Source of the DNA: Gammaproteobacteria bacterium | Lineage (GTDB): Bacteria > Pseudomonadota > Gammaproteobacteria > JABABF01 > JAHRAO01 | NCBI GenBank assembly: GCA_020027215.1 | Contig: JAHRAO010000031.1 | Location: 8,603-72,602, forward strand | Reading direction: 5' to 3' | Length of the DNA stretch: 64,000 bases | Position numbers and translations under genes: made by a program | The notes under the pieces: generated by a model | Told to the model about the DNA's origin: nothing | The model's input: the letters and a program-made list of their open reading frames with translations, nothing else | The model's database searches: none | In this document: in pieces, positions 54,818 through 64,000 of the stretch | Layout of the letters: each line of letters begins with the position of its first letter | Position numbering within the stretch: the first letter of the stretch is position 1

Positions 54818-56579
54818 CTTTTGTGTTCATTGGAAAGTGGATCTCGTGCAATTGTTTGGCGGTAACAGGCGCTGGTGCACCGGTGATGAGACACGATGCG
54901 TTTTGTGTCTTGGGAAAAGCGATCACTTCGCGAATAGAATTGGCATGTCCGTAGAGCATTGCCATGCGGTCAAACCCGTAAGCGATCCCGCCATGTGGCG
55001 GACAGCCATATTCCATCGCCCGACAAAAAAAACCAAACTTTTCTTGTGCCTCATTTTTATCAATACCTAATAGTGAAAAAACTAAATACTGCATTTCGCT
55101 ATCGTGAATACGAATCGAACCGCCCCCCAATTCATTACCATTGAGTACCATATCGTAAGAATGGGATAGAGCTGCGTTGGGATCGTCGCGGAGAGTTGCT
55201 AAATCACATGCGGGAGCGGTAAAAGGATGATGCATAGATGTGCGCTCCCCTTTGTGGTCAATTTGAAAGAGAGGGAAATTGACTACCCACAGTGGAGCCC
55301 ATTGATTGGGGTTAAATAATTTCAGATCTTTTCCTAACTGGTGGATGAGGGCTGACATATAGGCATTGACGACCGATGCGCGCCCCGCACCGAAAAAGAG
55401 GATATCGCCACTATGCGCTTCCACTCGTTGCATTAATTGCTGCACGACATCTTCGGGTATAAATTTGAGGATAGGCGATTGTAATGCTGGAGGAGAAGTA
55501 GAGAGATCGGTGATTTTTATCCACGCCAACCCCTGTGCCCCCAAATTACCGACAAAATGAGTGTAGTCATCAATTTGTTTGCGCGATAATTGCGCTCCTT
55601 GAGGGACTTTGAGTGCGACAACCCTACAGCGATCATCTGCCGCCGGCACGCTAAAGACCTTAAACGGAATATCGCGCACCACATCGGCAATATCGTGTAA
55701 TTCTAAAGGATTGCGCAGGTCGGGTTTATCACAGCCAAAACGGCGAATGGTTTCGTTGTAATCCATTTTAGTTACCGGTGGTAATTCTTCATCGAATAGG
55801 GCGCGAAACTGGGCACTGACCATGCCTTCACCTATAGCCAGTATATCATCTACACTGACGAAAGACGCTTCTATATCAATTTGGGTGAACTCGGGTTGCC
55901 GATCGTTGCGCAGATCTTCATCGCGAAAACAGCGCGCAATTTGGTAGTAGCGATCTACCCCGCTCATCATAAGCAATTGCTTGAATAGTTGGGGTGATTG
56001 GGGCAAAGCATAGAAAGATCTGGGATGGAGGCGGCTCGGAGTGAGGTAATCGCGCGCTCCTTCAGGAGTGGCTTTAGTCAGCAAAGGCGTATCAACCTCC
56101 ACGAAACCTTTATTATCTAAAAATGTGCGGGTGGCACATGCTAATTGCGCGCGGCGACGTATATGGTTTTGCATTTCCGTTCGGCGCAAATCTAAATAGC
56201 GGTAAGAAAGGCGGGTTTCTTCGCTGGCGTGTATATATTCGTCTAATTGAAATGGCGGAGGCAGGGCGCGATTAAGCAATTTCAATTCATGCACGTAGAC
56301 TTCTATGGTGCCGGTGGGCATATCGGGATTAATGGTTTCTTGAGATCGCTCGCGCACTATGCCGACAGTGCGCAATACATATTCACTGCGCATCTGATCG
56401 GCAAGCGCAAAAGCAGTTTTTTCTTGTGGATCAAAAACAACTTGCACTATGCCGCGATAATCGCGCAGATCAATAAATATCACGCCGCCATGGTCGCGCC
56501 GTCTCGCTACCCAGCCGCATAACGCCACTTCGCGACCAATGTCATCGGCACTCACATCGCCACAATAATGACTACGCAT
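54801..56579 (-). CDS. aspS: aspartate--tRNA ligase
   Basis: MRSHYCGDV....G.EV.LCGWV.RRRDHGGVIFIDLRD..G..QVV, the class II motifs FRDEDLRNDRQPEFTQID, and GGIAYGFDR. Confidence 0.95.
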   Translation of the reverse strand: MRSHYCGDVSADDIGREVALCGWVARRRDHGGVIFIDLRDYRGIVQVVFDPQEKTAFALADQMRSEYVLRTVGIVRERSQETINPDMPTGTIEVYVHELKLLNRALPPPFQLDEYIHASEETRLSYRYLDLRRTEMQNHIRRRAQLACATRTFLDNKGFVEVDTPLLTKATPEGARDYLTPSRLHPRSFYALPQSPQLFKQLLMMSGVDRYYQIARCFRDEDLRNDRQPEFTQIDIEASFVSVDDILAIGEGMVSAQFRALFDEELPPVTKMDYNETIRRFGCDKPDLRNPLELHDIADVVRDIPFKVFSVPAADDRCRVVALKVPQGAQLSRKQIDDYTHFVGNLGAQGLAWIKITDLSTSPPALQSPILKFIPEDVVQQLMQRVEAHSGDILFFGAGRASVVNAYMSALIHQLGKDLKLFNPNQWAPLWVVNFPLFQIDHKGERTSMHHPFTAPACDLATLRDDPNAALSHSYDMVLNGNELGGGSIRIHDSEMQYLVFSLLGIDKNEAQEKFGFFCRAMEYGCPPHGGIAYGFDRMAMLYGHANSIREVIAFPKTQNASCLITGAPAPVTAKQLHEIHFPMNTKDVRTQ

Positions 56580-56907
56580 TGGCGGTCGGGGGTGATTGAT
56601 TTGTAGAGGAGGAGGCGTTGGACTGCGCTTTTTTTTCTGTGGCAGTGTTTTTTTCTGCTGGCTTCTTTTCTTTTTTTGTTTGGCTTTTGCTTTCTTCCCG
56701 CTCGCCAGCGATATTCTTTTTGTTGTTTTGTTTGAAATCCGTTTCGTACCACCCTGTGCCCGCTAAACGAAATCCCGCCGCCGAAATTTGCTTGGCGAGC
56801 GATGGCTTGTGGCATTGGGGACAGTCGCGTAAAAGCGGATCGTCAATGCGTTGCAATACTTCTAATTGATGCCCGCACTTGCGGCAATAGTATTCGTATA
56901 TCGGCAT
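56572..56907 (-). CDS. FmdB-family zinc-ribbon protein
   Basis: MPIYEYYCRKCGHQLEVLQRIDDPLLRDCPQCHKPSLAKQISA, followed by a basic K/E-rich tail. Confidence 0.85.
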   Translation of the reverse strand: MPIYEYYCRKCGHQLEVLQRIDDPLLRDCPQCHKPSLAKQISAAGFRLAGTGWYETDFKQNNKKNIAGEREESKSQTKKEKKPAEKNTATEKKAQSNASSSTNQSPPTANA

Positions 56908-57028
56908 ATTCGTATCAAGGTTGGTTTGGCATTATTTTACGCCAAAATACATATATAGATGGTAATTATGTTGTCTTGCGCCTGGCCCTCTGTCGGCGAT
57001 GCTCATCCTCAAATCAATGCAATGGTCA

Positions 57029-57835
57029 TTACCGCACATAAAGTGCCTGCCGCACGGCGAGTGGGAAACCTTGCCAAATAGATTGTAGAGTGTAGCGGGT
57101 GTGGTAGATTTGCATCCCTTCATCCTCTAAATGCAGTCGGTACTTGGCTTTGATTTCCAACCAATGCTGTTCGCGTTCCCGAGATGATTGTAATTGATCA
57201 ATTTCCCGCTCAGTGCGTTTGGGGTTCGTGCACGGATAGTGATCAATAATCGCCATTTTATGCGGTGGCGGCGATAAAACTTCACAATACCACCAATCTA
57301 TGCCCCATCCGATTAAACTACCGTCATAGTGGTGCTTGAGGAAAGTAATCAACTGGTCACTGCGAAATAACGGACATGTGACTTCAATAAAATTGGTGTA
57401 ACGCATGAACGAAAAAGGGGCGCGCACATTCTTGCGGTGTGAAATGGCGCTGTGCACCCGAAAAGCTGGCTGGGCAATCCACAAATCGTATTGCATACAG
57501 GTGGTAAACAAATGATTGATGTGCTCGGCGTCAATAATAATATCGTTATCCATGACCAAAATATATTGATAAGCGGCAAAAATATCTGGGTATTGGTGAT
57601 AATCGTGGCGTAGATTTTGAAATTTCCCGCCTTTACGCGCGGCATAGTAGTCGGCAACATCTCTGTATTGATCGCTCTGATTGCCGTAATAAGTCACCCA
57701 TAAATCAAATTGTCGCCCCGAGAGCCATTGCGCAATATTGGCATTATCGCCCGCCGCTGTATACACGAGCCATTTGCTGAGCGGTGATGAAATGCCGAAA
57801 TTTTCCTCGCTAATGGGTGATTGTTGTGTGGTCAC
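57029..57835 (-). CDS. DUF707-like, glycosyltransferase-like protein
   Basis: 268 aa; WLVYTAAGDNANI..W....FDLWVTYYG...YYAARKGGKFQNL...YILVMDNDII resembles DUF707 as I recall it. It overlaps the GT25 gene by 4 nt. Confidence 0.55.
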   Translation of the reverse strand: MTTQQSPISEENFGISSPLSKWLVYTAAGDNANIAQWLSGRQFDLWVTYYGNQSDQYRDVADYYAARKGGKFQNLRHDYHQYPDIFAAYQYILVMDNDIIIDAEHINHLFTTCMQYDLWIAQPAFRVHSAISHRKNVRAPFSFMRYTNFIEVTCPLFRSDQLITFLKHHYDGSLIGWGIDWWYCEVLSPPPHKMAIIDHYPCTNPKRTEREIDQLQSSREREQHWLEIKAKYRLHLEDEGMQIYHTRYTLQSIWQGFPLAVRQALYVR

Positions 57836-58653
57836 TGTACTTTCCGTTTTCGCGCAAAAAAAGTGCGCCGCCCGTATTTAGCAAAATCTCCCCACTGTCG
57901 AGTCAATAATTTGTAAGGAATGGCGATAGAGTAAAAATAGAACGGATACAGCCAACGATAGATGGACTGCCAGTAAAACAATGTGTTGACAAAAGGCGTT
58001 TGCTGAATAGTACTGTTCAGATGGGCTGACTGTATATTGTCAGTGTGTTGGGCGAGATCGGCGGTGACAATAAAAGCGGATAATCGTTTGTGTTTAACCA
58101 AGCGGACGAAATGAGCGTCTATCGGATGAGCATTCATTGGAACTGCGTGGCGAATAATTTTTTCTGCCCCCGACCGATTCACGATATATCCCATGGCGAG
58201 CCAAGTATTGGTTGCGCCGAGAAAAAACGAATTGTTGGGCAGGGTAATGGCGTATTCTTTTTGCTCCTTTTTGGCATAGAGATACAATAGATCCCACCGC
58301 GTCGGTCGGTGATCCCACGCTTGATTAAAGAGTGAGCAGAAATTCGGTAGTAAGCGGATGTCATCTTCAAATACGATGCAGTGTGCACTGTCTCCGCCGA
58401 GAAATGTACGCAATACGGTAATATGCGATAAATAACAACCGATCTCTCCCACTGGGGCAAAGGATATGCTTTTGCGGTCTAATAAACCGTGGTGCAGGTA
58501 ATGGGTCAGTTGGGTTTTATTGATCTGTGCCCCTATGATAGCGGGAATAATTTCCAATTGGGGGATGTGTTGTTGAAGGGCTTGCGCACATGCCACCCGT
58601 TGAGGAATATCATCGCGGGTAATACAGTAGGCGGGGATGTGCTCAATGGACAT
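57832..58653 (-). CDS. glycosyltransferase family 25 (LPS/LOS glycosyltransferase-like)
   Basis: The N-terminal IPAYCITRDDIPQR pattern, GEIGCYLSHITVL and IVFEDDI are typical GT25 motifs. Confidence 0.72.
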   Translation of the reverse strand: MSIEHIPAYCITRDDIPQRVACAQALQQHIPQLEIIPAIIGAQINKTQLTHYLHHGLLDRKSISFAPVGEIGCYLSHITVLRTFLGGDSAHCIVFEDDIRLLPNFCSLFNQAWDHRPTRWDLLYLYAKKEQKEYAITLPNNSFFLGATNTWLAMGYIVNRSGAEKIIRHAVPMNAHPIDAHFVRLVKHKRLSAFIVTADLAQHTDNIQSAHLNSTIQQTPFVNTLFYWQSIYRWLYPFYFYSIAIPYKLLTRQWGDFAKYGRRTFFARKRKVQ

Positions 58654-58668
58654 GGCATTTTTATCGGG

Positions 58669-59664
58669 TCATCTTGCGCATAGCATTTTGATGCGCCGAG
58701 TGCGTTTGTGGCAATATTCAGCAAATTGATAGTAGGCGGGCTCAAAAGCAGCAAATAACTGCTCGTCGTTCACGTAGGATTGGCTATACATTGGATGGTA
58801 TAACGAACAAGGCCAATGCTGTTGGTAGGCATGGTATTCATGATTGTTGTGCCAATCTTGGTCTTGTGCTACCCGCTGCGTAAAATAGGCGGACAAGTCG
58901 GGACGAATAAATTTGAAATGACGGATAATAGCTAGTTTGTTGTGGTAGCGGAGCGATTGCTGACTATGCGGTGAAGTAATGAAATGACACCCGCTGTGAA
59001 TGTGGTGGGTCTGCTGGAAATCAAAATGAAAGAAGCACCGTTTAACTAAGCAGGGGTTGATGCCAAAAACCCGCCGCCGCACGCCACCGGTACAATTCCA
59101 TCGGTCGGCATTGGCGTGCCATATTGTGCGTATAGGGTGGCGATATTTGCTATGGATGTTGGGGCGATAGTGATGATTCAATGCATCATAGTAACACGAA
59201 TGGCTTAAAAAATCCTCCCCCATTTGATAAGGCAAGGCTTGGTGCGCATAAAAATCTACCGTGATAGAGAGTATTGCATTGGCACCGCCCATTTGTGCGC
59301 GCAATACATTGAGATCGCTTGCCCCATCGGCGATAAATAGTTCATCGGCATCGGCAATGAGACACCATTTATGCTGACATTTCTCGCGTAATAAAGACAG
59401 AATCCAATCCATGCCAAAATTGTGGGTGCGATAGCTGTCGTCGGTGCGATATAATTCGCTGTTGATATGGGGATGATTGCGTAAATAGTCAAATGACCCG
59501 TCATCCGAACCATTGTCAATAAAAATAAAATGAGTGATGCCAATTGCTTGATAGTGGCGAATGAAATGATCTAACAATAATCGCTCATTGCGAACAACAC
59601 AGAGCAAAAATAAAGCATCATCGTTTATGGGATCGTGAAATTGTCGGTATTGCTCAAGCGACAT
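58669..59664 (-). CDS. glycosyltransferase family 2 (Glyco_tranf_2_4-like)
   Basis: LLCVVRNERLLLDHFIRHYQAIGITHFIFIDNGSDDGSFDYL and CLIADADELF (DxD-like). Confidence 0.72.
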   Translation of the reverse strand: MSLEQYRQFHDPINDDALFLLCVVRNERLLLDHFIRHYQAIGITHFIFIDNGSDDGSFDYLRNHPHINSELYRTDDSYRTHNFGMDWILSLLREKCQHKWCLIADADELFIADGASDLNVLRAQMGGANAILSITVDFYAHQALPYQMGEDFLSHSCYYDALNHHYRPNIHSKYRHPIRTIWHANADRWNCTGGVRRRVFGINPCLVKRCFFHFDFQQTHHIHSGCHFITSPHSQQSLRYHNKLAIIRHFKFIRPDLSAYFTQRVAQDQDWHNNHEYHAYQQHWPCSLYHPMYSQSYVNDEQLFAAFEPAYYQFAEYCHKRTRRIKMLCAR

Positions 59665-59759
59665 GATAGGATGTGCTCTTACTATAGCATATTGTCTGTG
59701 GGCGCATCATCTATTGCATATGTGATTTGCAGATTTCATCAGTTATAATAGCAATATTG

Positions 59760-61640
59760 ATGGCACAACGCACAATGAATGAGCAATCGTATCGTATAGC
59801 GACAGAGTATCCCGAAGACAAACTTACTTCCTACGCGGATAAAGAAGCGCTTATTTCCTATGCTGAGGGCACAATACCCAAGTTATTTGCCGCACGGGTG
59901 GCAGCTTCTCCCGAGAAAATAGCCTATACTCAGTATTCGTCGCCCAAAAGCGAATGGAAAAGCATCACGTGGAAAGAGATGGGTATGGAGGCATTACGCT
60001 GGCAATGCTCTATTGCTAGTGACCATATCGCCACTGGAACACGTGCCGCCATTGGTATGCACAATTGTCGTGAATGGGTGCTTTGCGACCAAGCCTGCTT
60101 GGCGGCTGGATTGGTGGTGACCCCTTTGTATGTGGAAGATCGTGCCGATAATATGGCATATATTCTCCAACACACGGATACCCAGATATTATTTCTGCGC
60201 AATTATAGGTTGTGGCGGGATATGGAGCCCCACTGGGCACATTTGCCCGCACTCAAACGTGTGGTCATTATGACCGATGGGGATGAATTGCGTAAAAATA
60301 CCGATACCCGCTTGATGTCTTTGGCACAATGGTTAGATGCAGGAGAAAACCATGAACCCGCAACGCATCCGAGTACCCAGCCGGGGGACCTTGCGACAAT
60401 TGTCTACACTTCTGGAACAACAGGCAAACCAAAGGGAGTCATGTTATCGCACACAAATATCTTAACGAATGCTTTAGCGGGTTTGCGGAGTGTCACTGTA
60501 TTGCCGGAGGATAAATTTTTATCCTTCTTGCCGTTATCGCACATGTTTGAAAGAACGGTCGGATATTATTTGCCGATGATGGTTGGTGCGCAAGTGACTT
60601 TTAACCGCTCCATCATGCAATTGGTTGAGGATTTGTCTATTTGCCGTCCGACAATGATGATTTGTGTGCCGCGTGTATTTGAACGCGCTTACCACGCTAT
60701 TTTGGCACGTTTGAGTGGATTTGCATTGCAACTGTTTAAGATGGCAGTGCACATTGGTTGGCAACGTTTTGAGATAAGGCAAGGGAGAGGTCAGTGGCAA
60801 TTATCGCAGTTAATGTGGCCATTATTGGATGCTGTGGTGGCAAAAAAAGTCCGCACGCGGTTTGGCGGACAATTACGCTATGTCATCAGTGGAGGCGCCC
60901 CCTTGCCGTCCACTATCGCCCGCGTTTTTATTGCGTTGGGTATTGATATTCTGCAAGGGTATGGATTAACCGAAACAGGACCGACACTGACCGTCAATAC
61001 GCCCATGCGTAATAACCCCCTTAGCATAGGTTTGCCATTGATCGGCACTGAAATACGCCTCTCATCGGCAGGCGAATTGCAGGCACGCAATACCAGTGTG
61101 ATGCAAGGATATTGGCAAAATGAGGACGCCACAAAACAATTGATTGATGCCGATGGCTGGCTCTCCACGGGCGATATTGCTTCTATTGATGACAATGGCT
61201 TTATTCGTATTACCGGGCGGTTGAAAGAAATCATTGTGTTATCCACGGGCGAAAAAATACCGCCCGCAGATGTAGAATCTGCAATTTGCGAAGATACATT
61301 ATTTGAACAGGCGATGATTGTTGGTGAAGGACGCGTTTGTCTATCAGCATTGTTGGTGTTAGACAATGATGTTTGGCAAGATGAAGCGAAAAAATTGGGT
61401 GTGGATGCCCATGACACGGATGCTTTGACTGTGCCGCAAGTCACACAATACCTGCAGAAAAAAGTGTCCACGCGTTTGCGTGGTTTCCCCGTTTATGCTA
61501 AAGTGCGTGCAGTCCGTGCATTCCTCACGCCGTGGACTGTTGCCGATGGCACCCTTACGCCAACATTGAAAATGAAACGTTCGCTATTAGCACAACGTTT
61601 CGCCGCCGAAATTGAGGGAATGTATGCCACCAAAAAATAG
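59760..61640 (+). CDS. AMP-dependent long-chain acyl-CoA synthetase/ligase
   Basis: AMP-binding motif IVYTSGTTGKPKGVMLSH, then GYGLTETGP, then WLSTGDI...GRLKEII. The ATG at 59760 is preferred to the TTG at 59727. Confidence 0.88.
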   Translation: MAQRTMNEQSYRIATEYPEDKLTSYADKEALISYAEGTIPKLFAARVAASPEKIAYTQYSSPKSEWKSITWKEMGMEALRWQCSIASDHIATGTRAAIGMHNCREWVLCDQACLAAGLVVTPLYVEDRADNMAYILQHTDTQILFLRNYRLWRDMEPHWAHLPALKRVVIMTDGDELRKNTDTRLMSLAQWLDAGENHEPATHPSTQPGDLATIVYTSGTTGKPKGVMLSHTNILTNALAGLRSVTVLPEDKFLSFLPLSHMFERTVGYYLPMMVGAQVTFNRSIMQLVEDLSICRPTMMICVPRVFERAYHAILARLSGFALQLFKMAVHIGWQRFEIRQGRGQWQLSQLMWPLLDAVVAKKVRTRFGGQLRYVISGGAPLPSTIARVFIALGIDILQGYGLTETGPTLTVNTPMRNNPLSIGLPLIGTEIRLSSAGELQARNTSVMQGYWQNEDATKQLIDADGWLSTGDIASIDDNGFIRITGRLKEIIVLSTGEKIPPADVESAICEDTLFEQAMIVGEGRVCLSALLVLDNDVWQDEAKKLGVDAHDTDALTVPQVTQYLQKKVSTRLRGFPVYAKVRAVRAFLTPWTVADGTLTPTLKMKRSLLAQRFAAEIEGMYATKK

Positions 61641-61703
61641 CCCTGCCGACCATTCGTTCTGCGATGCTGTTATTTTCTTGTATAAATTGTTAAAATAGTC
61701 GCC

Positions 61704-63752
61704 ATGCATTATCCCTTGGTTTTTGTATCGGCAAATATTGCCGTGCGTTCGACTTTCATTGCCGTTGCGCTTGTATATTTGGTCAGCGGATGCGGGGGTA
61801 GCAGTGCCCCTGCCCCAACTGCGGTGAATAATGTGATGACCACGACTGTGACCTGGACACAAACCCCGCGTAATCAACTGTGGTCTGTCCGCGCTTCACA
61901 CTCACTCGTTGCGCACAACAATTTTCTATGGTTGATCGGCGGGGGTACGTTCAATAGCCAACACAATGACACTTGGCGTTCGGCAAACGGAGGGCAATGG
62001 CATCCAGTTACCACCAACGCACAATGGTCGCCACGCACCGCCCACACCAGCGTCATCCATCAAGAGAGAATATGGTTATTAGGTGGCAGTGCTGGCTTGC
62101 CCAAAAACGATGTGTGGTCATCCACCGATGGTCGTACCTGGTCATTAGTCAATGCCAGTGCACAGTGGTCATCGCGCAGTAACCATACGAGCGTGGTGCA
62201 TGATAACAAAATTTGGGTGCTCGGCGGTGAGCAAACGGATCAACATCATAACGATGTGTGGTCATCCACCGATGGCCGCACGTGGATATTAGCCAATGCC
62301 AGTGCGCCGTGGGCTGAGCGTGCCAATCATAGTAGTGTGGTCTACGATGGTAAAATTTGGGTGCTCGGCGGTGAAGATGCTAATGGTGTGCGGTTTAACG
62401 ATGTGTGGTCATCCCCCGATGGTCGCACCTGGTTGCGCATAACTGCCAATGCGTCGTGGACTGCGCGCACCAATCATACTAACCTCGTTTATGAAGGGAA
62501 GATGTGGTTGTTTGGTGGGTTTGATGGAAATAATCGCAACGATGTATGGTGCTCAACAGATGGTTCGATGTGGACGAATGTGAATACGAGCGCTGGGTGG
62601 GCTGCGCGTTCGCAGCATGCCAGTGCGGTATTTGACAATAAAATGTGGGTGGTTGGTAGCAGTGGAGCGGGTAATAATTTTCGCGAGTTGTTAGTGGATG
62701 CGTGGTGGACAACCGATGGACGGAGCTGGACGGCGAGTATACGAGAAGATCGGTGGTCACCTCGTGTATCGCACGGGAGTGTGGTATGGAATGACAAATT
62801 ATGGGTTTTGGGTGGATTGATCGGTTTACGTGATGTGAATGATGTTTGGTCGTCGACTAACGGTATGAGTTGGGTTGAAGAACTACCACAAGAAACGACC
62901 TCACAAGAGACAACGCGCTGGTCGGTGCGGCGCGGTTTTTCACCGGTGATATTTGACGATAAAATGTGGGTCGTCGGAGGCAGTTCGGGCACCCAACTGT
63001 TTAACGATGTGTGGTCATCCACCGACGGACGTTCATGGATACAAGCGACTTCTAGTGCGTCGTGGAGTGCGCGCAGTAATTACGCCAGCGTCGTTTATCA
63101 AAATAAGATGTGGTTATTAGGTGGATTTGCAGGGATGGATGTCAATGAGGTCTGGTCATCCCCCGATGGGAGTTCTTGGACTTTAGTGGTGGATAATGCG
63201 CCTTGGGTGCCGCGCCGCGATCTCACTAGTGTGGTATGGAATAATCGTATGTGGGTGATAGGAGGTGCTTCAGGGAATGTCTACTATAACGATATTTGGA
63301 CATCCACTGATGGACGTAATTGGATGCAAGTGTCCCCCACCGGTAGCATTTGGATACCGCGTAGCCAACACCGTAGCGTGGTATTTGATGAACGTATATG
63401 GGTAATGGGCGGACGGTTTAGTAACGCCTTTAATGATGTGTGGCATTCAACAGATGGTCGTTCGTGGTCAAGTGGAGTGAGTTCATCAACCACTTGGACG
63501 CCGAGATTTCTCCATACGGCACAAGTTTTTGACAATAAAATTTGGGTGCTCGGTGGCACCAATGGCACCGCCTTCATTGATGAAGTGTGGTATACCGCAG
63601 GAATTACTGACGCGGTATCACAAGCGACATTTGATGTTTCAGAAACTTACGACGACTTTGGCGGTTTACGTGAGCGCATTGAATATTGGCATAACGAACG
63701 CCCGCAACGATTTGACGCTCAAGGATTAGTGCTTCCCCCTCCGCGCGAGTGA
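61704..63752 (+). CDS. lipoprotein made of 12 tandem beta-propeller blades (Kelch-like GG + Asp-box SxDGxxW)
   Basis: Lipobox LVSGC. There are twelve ~47-50-aa repeats of the form W..R..H..VV.d.K(I/M)WV(L/V)GG......NDVWSS(T/P)DGR(T/S)W. Confidence 0.85.
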   Translation: MHYPLVFVSANIAVRSTFIAVALVYLVSGCGGSSAPAPTAVNNVMTTTVTWTQTPRNQLWSVRASHSLVAHNNFLWLIGGGTFNSQHNDTWRSANGGQWHPVTTNAQWSPRTAHTSVIHQERIWLLGGSAGLPKNDVWSSTDGRTWSLVNASAQWSSRSNHTSVVHDNKIWVLGGEQTDQHHNDVWSSTDGRTWILANASAPWAERANHSSVVYDGKIWVLGGEDANGVRFNDVWSSPDGRTWLRITANASWTARTNHTNLVYEGKMWLFGGFDGNNRNDVWCSTDGSMWTNVNTSAGWAARSQHASAVFDNKMWVVGSSGAGNNFRELLVDAWWTTDGRSWTASIREDRWSPRVSHGSVVWNDKLWVLGGLIGLRDVNDVWSSTNGMSWVEELPQETTSQETTRWSVRRGFSPVIFDDKMWVVGGSSGTQLFNDVWSSTDGRSWIQATSSASWSARSNYASVVYQNKMWLLGGFAGMDVNEVWSSPDGSSWTLVVDNAPWVPRRDLTSVVWNNRMWVIGGASGNVYYNDIWTSTDGRNWMQVSPTGSIWIPRSQHRSVVFDERIWVMGGRFSNAFNDVWHSTDGRSWSSGVSSSTTWTPRFLHTAQVFDNKIWVLGGTNGTAFIDEVWYTAGITDAVSQATFDVSETYDDFGGLRERIEYWHNERPQRFDAQGLVLPPPRE

Positions 63753-64000
63753 AGCAATTTTTCTAAATAGCGCGCAATAATATCAATTTCTATATTGACT
63801 GAACTGCCGAGTTGGTAGTCGGCGGCAATGGTCTGTTCACGGGTGTAGGGGATGATATTCACTGCAAATTGATCGCGCTCAACCATATTGATGGTCAAAC
63901 TCACTCCATCGATGGCTATGCTTCCTTTGGGCACAATATATTGCGCTAAATGGTGGGGGATGTGGAAATATAATTGTTGTGAATCTCCTTGTGGATTGAT
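63719..64000 (-). CDS. ribE: riboflavin synthase (alpha chain), C-terminal part; 5' end beyond the window
   Basis: KGSIAIDGVSLTINMVERDQFAVNIIPYTREQTI....GSSVNIEIDIIARYLEKLL. The frame stays open to position 64000. Confidence 0.85.
   Translation of the reverse strand: MNPQGDSQQLYFHIPHHLAQYIVPKGSIAIDGVSLTINMVERDQFAVNIIPYTREQTIAADYQLGSSVNIEIDIIARYLEKLLHSRGGGSTNP

Noticed and set aside
54579-55070. 163-aa plus-strand ORF.
   Set aside because: Antisense to the yebC/aspS junction.
60878-61471. 197-aa minus-strand ORF.
   Set aside because: Antisense within the acyl-CoA ligase gene, which carries clear AMP-binding motifs.
62489-63022. 177-aa minus-strand ORF, and 62479-62760, inside the propeller gene.
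   Set aside because: Antisense to a strongly periodic coding repeat. The open frame is a by-product of the repeat's codon composition.
61900-63600. Regular ~145-bp periodic DNA repeats, considered as a possible CRISPR-like or satellite array.
   Set aside because: The period equals one propeller blade of a continuous ORF. There are no short invariant repeats separated by unique spacers, and no cas genes. No CRISPR array was seen anywhere in the window.

Overview
This is a chromosomal window from what looks like a gammaproteobacterium, judged from gene order only; no taxonomic search was possible. About 60 tightly packed genes are visible.

Housekeeping backbone:
- gltB (partial) and rnpB (RNase P RNA)
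- tatD, an nqrM-like gene, lolCDE
- lepA-lepB-rnc-era-recO-acpS-cysM-mazG, a chain of overlapping or abutting genes with pdxJ absent
- coaBC-thiL and a HAD hydrolase
- tRNA-Thr(UGU) and tRNA-Gly(GCC)
- a yadGH-like ABC-2 exporter
- tsaB-uppP-trpS
- hemCDXY diverging from argH
- ruvC-ruvA, yebC, aspS, an FmdB zinc-ribbon gene
- an acyl-CoA ligase and ribE (partial)

Accessory or unusual modules:
1. A four-gene, translationally coupled operon at 43380-48157. It encodes a MotA/ExbB-like channel, two ExbD/TolR-like single-TM proteins (one 562 aa) and a protein with two FGE/SUMF1 domains. I cannot assign it to a named system. It is my best candidate for an undescribed PMF-driven envelope machine.
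2. A compact type II R-M pair at 37301-38785. It is bracketed by 23-bp imperfect terminal inverted repeats (19 bp perfect) and an 8-bp direct repeat (TAAATTTT), with no transposase. This matches a mobile insertion cassette. It sits between a promoter and a lipoprotein operon.
3. A frameshifted, truncated paralogue of the same restriction enzyme, lying in a 1.3-kb ORF-free AT-rich spacer (6865-7157).
4. An Anbu proteasome-like peptidase with a circularly permuted ATP-grasp, an alpha-E protein and a Zn-peptidase (31804-35923). Anbu is inverted and appended to a three-lipoprotein operon.
5. An ECF sigma module with an ECF-type promoter, next to a 1353-aa GLUG-motif surface lipoprotein that carries a C8 tract and a 39-bp tandem duplication.
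6. An AT-rich orphan DNA methyltransferase beside tRNA-Thr.
7. A 12-blade Asp-box/Kelch-like propeller lipoprotein.
8. A small glycosyltransferase cluster.

No CRISPR array, rRNA, integrase or transposase was seen. All functional calls come from reading motifs by eye. No database search was run.
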